Shown here: positions 57,301 to 64,000 of the stretch, one piece after another
Position numbering within the stretch: the first letter of the stretch is position 1
Layout: each line of letters opens with the position of its first letter
Assembly: GCA_964016885.1 (NCBI GenBank)
Contig: OZ024744.1
Span: 67,766,001 to 67,830,000, forward strand
Length of the DNA stretch: 64,000 bases
Source of the DNA: Eledone cirrhosa
Taxonomy: Eukaryota
Reading direction: 5' to 3'
The notes under the pieces: model-generated
Told to the model about the DNA's origin: nothing
The model's input: only the letters and a program-made list of their open reading frames with translations
The model's database searches: none
Translations under genes and position numbers: made by a program

Positions 57301-58195
57301 TATGGGTAACACATACCCGCGAAAAATTGTGCAACCCTCATCTCCAGAAGTACGAAGAGTTTGTACTCCTTTCCTCTCCTCCTCCTTTTCCTCAACCTAC
57401 AGGCTGATATAGAGAGAAGGCCCATTCACTCGGGCCATTCTCGCCACTTTCACCCACCTTTCATAAAACTTGCTGGGGTACAGCACCTCTCTCTCCATCC
57501 TGATTCTTCTTCCAAAGTGTTGTGTTACAGATAGTTTGGTTATTTGCGTCACAGAATTCCAGGATTCTGGAGCCTTCCTCATTTCTAGTACCAAACCCAT
57601 AGCCTCCATGGATTCCGTCATAGCCGTCACAATGTTGTCCAACATGACCTTTTTGGTCAGCAGCAATAATTTTGTAGTCACTATCGGTTATTTGGGAGGT
57701 AGTGAGCATTAACGTCTCATAGAATCTGTCTTTTATAATGCCAGGCAGTCCGGATTGGGGTGCATACATGGATATTATTGTCACAGTAGTTCTATTTAGA
57801 ACAAGTCTTATTTTAATTATTCTGTCGTTCACTCTATTTACGTCCATTATATTATCTACCCATTTTTCTGCTAGCATGCTTCCTACTCCACCCAGCCCAT
57901 TGTCATTTCCCACCCAGAAAAGTTTATAACATCGTTTTTTACCCACAATGAATCTAGCAGACCCACCCCTCCACCTGGTCTCCTGAATACAGCAAACATT
58001 AACTTTCTTACTTTCAAGCATCTCTACAACCTCGTTAGAGCGACTACATTCATGGTACCAACTCTGAAGTTTTGGATTGCATTTGGTGGGTGGGAAGGAT
58101 GAGGCGCAGGGTGGGGGAGATGGGGTTATGTTAGCCATTTGCGGCCGAAATAAAGAGGAGGATTCCTTGCATTCTCGTCCGGCAACATGAGGTGA
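54360..58195 (-). mobile_element. Near full-length RTE LINE, same subfamily as 22600-24839, frameshifted and interrupted by a Tx1 fragment
   Basis: APE region: FRVGTMNV, CCIQETRWRG, SMYAPQ. RT in 55591-56760. PHD-like CSVC..CPKC..H..C. 3' UTR and (GAT)n tail at 54360-54376. Confidence 0.94.
57191..57519 (-). mobile_element. 5'-truncated Tx1 3' fragment nested in the RTE, with a 14-bp target-site duplication
   Basis: The 3' UTR matches 53255-53346 (tgtcccc..tgtg.ccctgtggctaataaagaaa). TTGTGTTACAGATA is duplicated at 57177-57190 and 57520-57533. Confidence 0.88.
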
Positions 58196-58602
58196 ATTTA
58201 TATACATGAAATTATAAATGCGAGGAAAGAATAGACAAAGAATTATCTATTTTTCTCAAAGTCCCTACTGCAGTTTCATCAACCGTTTGGCAACATTATT
58301 GCAGCAGATAAATTCTCCCTCCAGAGAAATATTCACTTTGTTTCGGTTTGGGTCAGGATACAGTCCACAGCGTTGGTACACTTCTCTGGTGCAACAATGT
58401 TGCTAAACAGACGATGAGACTGCAGTAGGGACTCTGAAGAAAAAATAGGTAATTCTTTGTCCATTCTTTCCTCGCATTTATAATCTGACAGATAGCTCTG
58501 ATTAAATGATTATTTTAATTCATTCGGTCATTGAGCAAAACTGGTCAAAGAGGGACTTCACACATGCATTTATGTATTTATGTATCTGAGTGTGTATCTT
58601 AT

Positions 58603-58637
<35 letters not shown>

Positions 58638-58638
58638 G

Positions 58639-58697
<59 letters not shown>

Positions 58698-58698
<1 letters not shown>

Positions 58699-59911
58699 TC
58701 TGAGTACATAAGGAGAATAAGGAGCGTATTAAAATCACATCTGAACAGTAGGAATGCCAAAAGTGCAGTAAATTCCCGAGCTGTGTCTATTATTAGGTAC
58801 AGTGCGGGAATTCTGAGATGGAATGTTACTGAACAAAAAGAAATGGATAGGAAGACTAGGAAGCTATTGACTATCTACAACATGTTCCACAAGAGGAGTG
58901 ATGTCGATAGACTCTACTTAAGGAGATCTGAAGGTAGAAGAGGTCTTATCAGCATAGAGGACTGTGTTCAGATGGAGAAAAACAACCTACACAAATACGT
59001 GACTGATAGTAGGGAGCCAATGCTCAGAATTGTACTGAAGGAGAGGACAATAGACCAGGGGATGTCCAAGGAGGAAATAACAACGAGGAGAAAGAGCAAC
59101 CTTCATGAAAAATCCCTTCAGAGTACCTTCTTTGAGAAAACGGAATTCAGAGATCCACAGACATGGAACTGGTTGAAAAGAGGAGACCTTAAAAAGACTA
59201 CAGAAGGAATGCTAATGGCTGCGCAAGAGCAGGCCCTCAAAACGAAATGGCTGAAACACCATATTTACAAGGAGGAGGCTAGCCCACTCTGCAGGATCTG
59301 TGGAGAGAGAGAGGAGACTGTGGCTCACATTGTATCCGAGTGTAAACACCTAGCCCAGACTCACTATAAAGGCTGGAGACATGATGTGATGGGCAGGGTG
59401 ATCCACTGGACCTATGCAAAGTAAACAATTTACCACATTCTGAGAAGTGGTATGAGCATAAGCCAGAGTCAGTGATAGAAAACGATCAGGTGAAGGTGCT
59501 GTGGGATTTTAGGATACAGACGGACAAGAAACTGGAACACAATAGACCTGACCTGGTGGTTTTGGACAAGGAAAAAAGATTGTGCCTGATTGTGGATGTG
59601 GCCTGCCCATTTGACACGAGAGTGCAAGAGAAGGGCTTAAAGTGGTAGGTAAAAAGGATTTGGAACTGTCATGAAGTCAGAGTCATCCCGATTGTCATAG
59701 GCACACTAGGTACTATCTCAAAGAGTTTCCAAGGATGGTTAAAGAAAATTAGTCCAGTCCCGCTTTTTGGAACACTTCAACAGGCATGCTTGCTGGGAAC
59801 AGCAAGAACCCTCCGATACGTCCTGAATATCTGAGGCTGCAGGTAGTGGCTTGATTTTCATTTCAACAAACTTTCCAGTTAAATAACATCAATGAGTGAG
59901 ACTCAAAGAAC

Positions 59912-59912
<1 letters not shown>
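58698..59912 (+). mobile_element. 5'-truncated R4/Dong-clade element (restriction-like endonuclease) in (TAA)n
   Basis: RLYLRRSEGRRGL, CRICGEREETVAHIVSEC (CCHC), RHD, LWDF, RPDLVV..IVDVACPFD. (TAA)n at 58633-58697 and 59912-59946. Confidence 0.9.
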
Positions 59913-59945
<33 letters not shown>

Positions 59946-59947
<2 letters not shown>

Positions 59948-60208
59948 TGTTTCTACTTTTGGCACAGGCCAGCAATAACCCAGTGCATTACTGGTACTTT
60001 ATTTTATCGACCCCATAAGGATGATAATAATTGTTTCTACTTTTGGCACAAGGTCAGCAATTATCCCAGGGTATTACTGGTACCTTATTTTATCGACCCC
60101 ATAAGGATGAAAGGCAAAGTGAACCTTGGCGGGATTTGAACTCAGATCATAAAGGGCCGTAACTCTTTGCTGCAAAGCAGGGCATCCGACACTCTACCGA
60201 TACTGCCA
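59946..60208 (-). mobile_element. SINE (one partial plus one full copy)
   Basis: Same consensus as the other SINE copies. Confidence 0.85.
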
Positions 60209-60899
60209 ATAATAATAGTGAGTAAAATTAAAGTAACAGCTGCAATTAACATTTTTCGAACTCAATCTCCAGAGGCTGGCACAAAACATGAGATGATATC
60301 GATAAATCAATAAATTATCCCTCAGAGTAATAATAATACGCTAGGGGTGTGACACAAAGAAAATAGCGACTGGAGAGAGATGTTGCCAACAAAGGCCACC
60401 ACAACAATGAAAATACAAACAGGTTAAAGACAAACCTGGACCTGATCGATAGATTTTATATAAATATCTTCTTTCCGAAAAAGCTACACTCCAAGTTGCA
60501 CAATATGCAAGTCAGTAATGTACCCTAGGATGGAACGCTGGTATCCCTTTCTGAACAGGGGTTTCGTTCCACAGTGGGGTCACGTGTTCTTTCTCAAGAA
60601 AAGAGGAAGATTCATATATATATATATATATATAATTCAATTGAATTCTTGACCTGTTGAACCCCACCTCCCCCTTCATAAAGAACATATATATAAGAAG
60701 AAATTCTGACTATAAACTCACATTTTTTCGGTAGCTCACAGAATACATAAAATAAAACATTTTTTTATATAACTAATTTTTAATATCTAATATTTAATAA
60801 GATTGTTATACCAATGAAAACCAGTTATATTTAATGCAACAATTATAAAATTATTCATTCTGTTGGATTAAAGTGAAGATAATCTTTAAATATACTTCT

Positions 60900-61448
60900 G
60901 TGTATTTGTACATGATCATGTTGCCAATATTGCCAATAGAAAGAAACACACAAACCATATAATTTTCTTTATCTTTATTGTTTGTTAATCATTCATTTGA
61001 CAAAGTTTTTTCATCACACATTATGTGACCTCCCCAATGACTATCTGTGCCTCCTCTTTTTCCTGGTCTTAAACTTCTGCTCCACGCCGCCTTTGTTTTG
61101 TGGTATATTTAAGAGGAGAAAAGTTCATCAGTGCTATACCAGCATGTCAATCTCGAACAATTGCAACAGTCCGCAACTTAACAACTGGAGTCAGAATAGG
61201 GGAAAAAAGACACTAACAGCAAACAAATATAAATCCACACACGTAAAAAATACATAGACATGACAAATACAAAAGCACATACACATACACGCAAAACATA
61301 TAGTCATTGAGGAGGTCACAGAATGTGTGATGAAAGAACTTTGACAAACGAATAACTAACAATAAAGATAAAGATAAAGTGAAAATTATATGGTGAATGT
61401 GTTTCTTTCTATTGGCAATATTGACAACATGACCATCCCCAAATATAA
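60900..61448. repeat. Long imperfect inverted repeat (~145-bp arms, ~255-bp spacer)
   Basis: 60900-61043 is the reverse complement of 61300-61448 (e.g. attgccaatagaaagaaacac / gtgtttctttctattggcaat). Confidence 0.85.
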
Positions 61449-61514
61449 CAATATCAGTTTCAACAAACGATTTCAGATCAAGAATCTTGCAAAACAAATA
61501 CATAAATATATTTA

Positions 61515-61720
61515 TAGGGTGGGCCAAAAGTCACTTCTTATCTATTTTTATTAATAAAACATTACAAACTAACTCAAAGCTAATTTTTCTTGGAGGGTGT
61601 ATTTTTCCATAATTGGATCTTGTTTCTATTCAACTTTAATCTGAAAGAAAAAAATATATTTTAATAATAAAAAAAATTGTGAATTTTTTAAAAATCGGAA
61701 GTGACTTTTAGCCCACCCTT
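61515..61720. mobile_element. Tc1/mariner-type MITE
   Basis: TIRs agggtgggccaaaagtcacttc / gaagtgacttttagcccaccct, preceded by TA. Confidence 0.75.
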
Positions 61721-61964
61721 TCTCTCTCTATATATATAGTGTATGGGTGTGTACTTTGTGTCCTATTACTTATTACATATATATATATATATATACACAC
61801 ATCCATATTTATATATATATATATATATATACATACACACACACATATATATATATTGTCTTATGTCCGCATTTAGGATAGCTTGTAATTACAATGGTGA
61901 TTGAGATTCTTGTGTTAAGCAAAATATGTGTAATATCCTTAAACAGAAAGGCTAAAATATCATA

Positions 61965-62149
61965 TAATTGTTTCTACTTTTGGCACAAGGCCAGCAATTA
62001 CCCAGTGCATTACTGGTACTTTATTCTATCGACCCCGCAAGGATGAAAGGCAAAGTCAACCTCGGCGGGATTTGAACTCAGATCGTAAAGGGACGTAACT
62101 ATGCTGGAAAGCAGGGCGTCCGACCCTCTACCGATACTGCCAATCCACC
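61965..62149 (-). mobile_element. Full-length SINE copy
   Basis: Matches the SINE consensus with few differences. Confidence 0.9.
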
Positions 62150-62676
62150 ATATAATATCATATAATATCATTTGATAGGAAGGATATCTAACGTTGACTC
62201 AGCCAGCTTATCCTGTTGTACATTTATTTTAGCTGCTACTTTCTCATTCTCCTCGTTCATATTTCTTTTTCAATGTCTCTCTCAGTCTCATTTCTTTACA
62301 TACTCTCATAGTCTATCACTAACTCTCACTGTTTCACATATATTCTTTCTTTCTACTTTTATTCTCTCTCTCTCTCTCTCTCTCGCCATATCCCTTCTAT
62401 TTGTCCTCGTGTTATTTAAACTTCTTAATGATTGGTGGTGTTTTTGTCATTGTTAATACATAGTTACTGGTGGTCAGTTCTGTTTGAGCAATCACATCTT
62501 TGTCACAAGGGTAACCAGCGAATCTTTAAGATTTGCCATTCGATCAATTTTCCAGTTGTGGTCATCTCTTTGTTCAGGCTGGTTTTTAATATGTGTGACG
62601 ACCAGGGGAAGTGAATACGCATGGAATCACCCCTCTTCCCTCATCCCACTCTCTTTTTCTCTATCTGTAAATACAC

Positions 62677-62728
<52 letters not shown>

Positions 62729-62804
62729 CTAATATATATATATATTTATACCTGCCGAAATGCGATTCTCGCTGAATTTATATTAATATATATATATATA
62801 TTTA

Positions 62805-62902
<98 letters not shown>

Positions 62903-63059
62903 TTTTTTTTATATATATATAAGTAGAAGGGGTATTTAATTTGTTAGAAGTCCAACAAATATAAATGTTTATAACTGATTGAGAGCACTCAACAGTTTAC
63001 TGGAGTAAATATTCAATGATATTAAATAAATGGAAACTATATTTATAAAACCATATTTA

Positions 63060-63118
63060 TTTTATTATATATATTTCAAGGGTACCAAGACACATTGATA
63101 CGCTTTCATCAGATAAAA
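63060..63118 (-). ncRNA. Hammerhead ribozyme motif, same family as 47327-47387
   Basis: Minus strand reads ttttat-CTGATGA-aagcgtatcaatgtgtcttggtaccctt-GAAA-tatata-TA-ataaaa. Perfect 6-bp stem I. Confidence 0.78.
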
Positions 63119-63289
63119 TACAAAGTTTGTTTTATAAATAGAGACGTACCCATGAAAATCATACCTTATCGGTTGGAAATTCACTGTATATATATATATA
63201 TATATATATATAACGAAGGAAATGTGGTAAGGAACCAGGTGGACCATAACGCACCAAAGTACTCAATACTTGAGGTAGTAGAGTGGGTA

Positions 63290-63382
63290 ATAGGAACCAG
63301 TAACACCCCGACAGCTGAGCTCAAGCCGTTTCGACGGAGCCGTCGAAACGGCTTGAGCTCAGCTGTCGGGGTCTTACTGGTT

Positions 63383-63387
<5 letters not shown>
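63290..63387. repeat. Near-perfect 48-bp-arm hairpin containing the 3' half of a hammerhead
   Basis: Arms differ by one mismatch around a central AG. Each arm reads GAAA-cggc-ttgagctca-gctg-TC-gggg. Confidence 0.85.
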
Positions 63388-63438
<51 letters not shown>

Positions 63439-63461
63439 CATATATACATATATATATAGAT

Positions 63462-64000
63462 ATCATCATCATCATCATCATCATCACCGTTTTACGTCCG
63501 TTCTTCCACGCTAGCATGGTTAGACGGGTTGTCCTGTTGTGGGCAGTGTCTTGTCGGCTGACCATGTCTTGCTCATACAGGAACTGATTTGGCTCGATTT
63601 CTACAGCTGGATGCCCTTCCTAACACCAACCTCATTTACAGTGAGTGCTCGGTGCTTTTTCGTGGCGCCTACACGTCCACTTTACAGTGTGGGCTGGGTG
63701 CTTTTTTGCCGTGGCACCTCCACGACCACCTTGCAGTGGGAGGGTGTGGGGGCATATTATCTATATGCTTCAGCTTGTATCCATGGGAGGTCGGGTATTC
63801 TGTATTACTACGTGACGCCAGAGGTCACGGTCGTGTGTCATCGCCTTTGAGAGGTGTAATTGGGTAAGGTCGGCTTTTATCACCTCATCCCAGGTCATCT
63901 TGGGTCTCCCCACTCCGCGGTTTCCATCGACTTCTAGTGCTCTGCACCTTTTTATGCAGCTGTCATCCTTCATACGCATCACATGTCCATACCAACGCAA
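63462..64000 (-). mobile_element. RTE LINE 3' end, continues beyond the window
   Basis: RWYGHVMRM..GRPKMTWDEVI. 3' UTR with 48-bp units and a (GAT)n tail. Confidence 0.92.

Noticed and set aside
60545-60605. Variant hammerhead (TTGAGAA...GAAAC) on the minus strand
   Set aside because: Stems II and III do not pair convincingly.
62490-62615. Penelope linker relic on the minus strand (LPLVVT...NLKDSLV)
   Set aside because: Too short and degraded to support as a feature.

Overview
Eukaryotic, AT-rich, repeat-dominated DNA with no recognisable host gene exon. The microsatellite, RTE and SINE landscape suggests a mollusc, probably a cephalopod, but that is inference. Bases 1-~20,800 are a strand-asymmetric 38-bp tandem satellite with higher-order structure and two 5'-truncated CR1 LINE insertions. 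The rest is a nested transposon graveyard: several RTE LINEs with a PHD-type zinc finger inside the RT, a near full-length Tx1/L1 element in a (TATC)n tract, an R4/Dong element in (TAA)n, Penelope-like relics (one Naiad-like GIY-YIG), about 20 tRNA-type SINE copies, piggyBac/Tc1/Tc2 MITEs, a Helentron-like element, and mini/microsatellites. The most interesting signals are: (i) a set of tiny, often fold-back islands in (TA)n tracts carrying minimal type-I hammerhead ribozyme motifs; (ii) internal evidence that the Tx1 family targets TATCT; (iii) the PHD finger inserted in the RT. All calls were made by eye, and coordinates of degraded elements are approximate.
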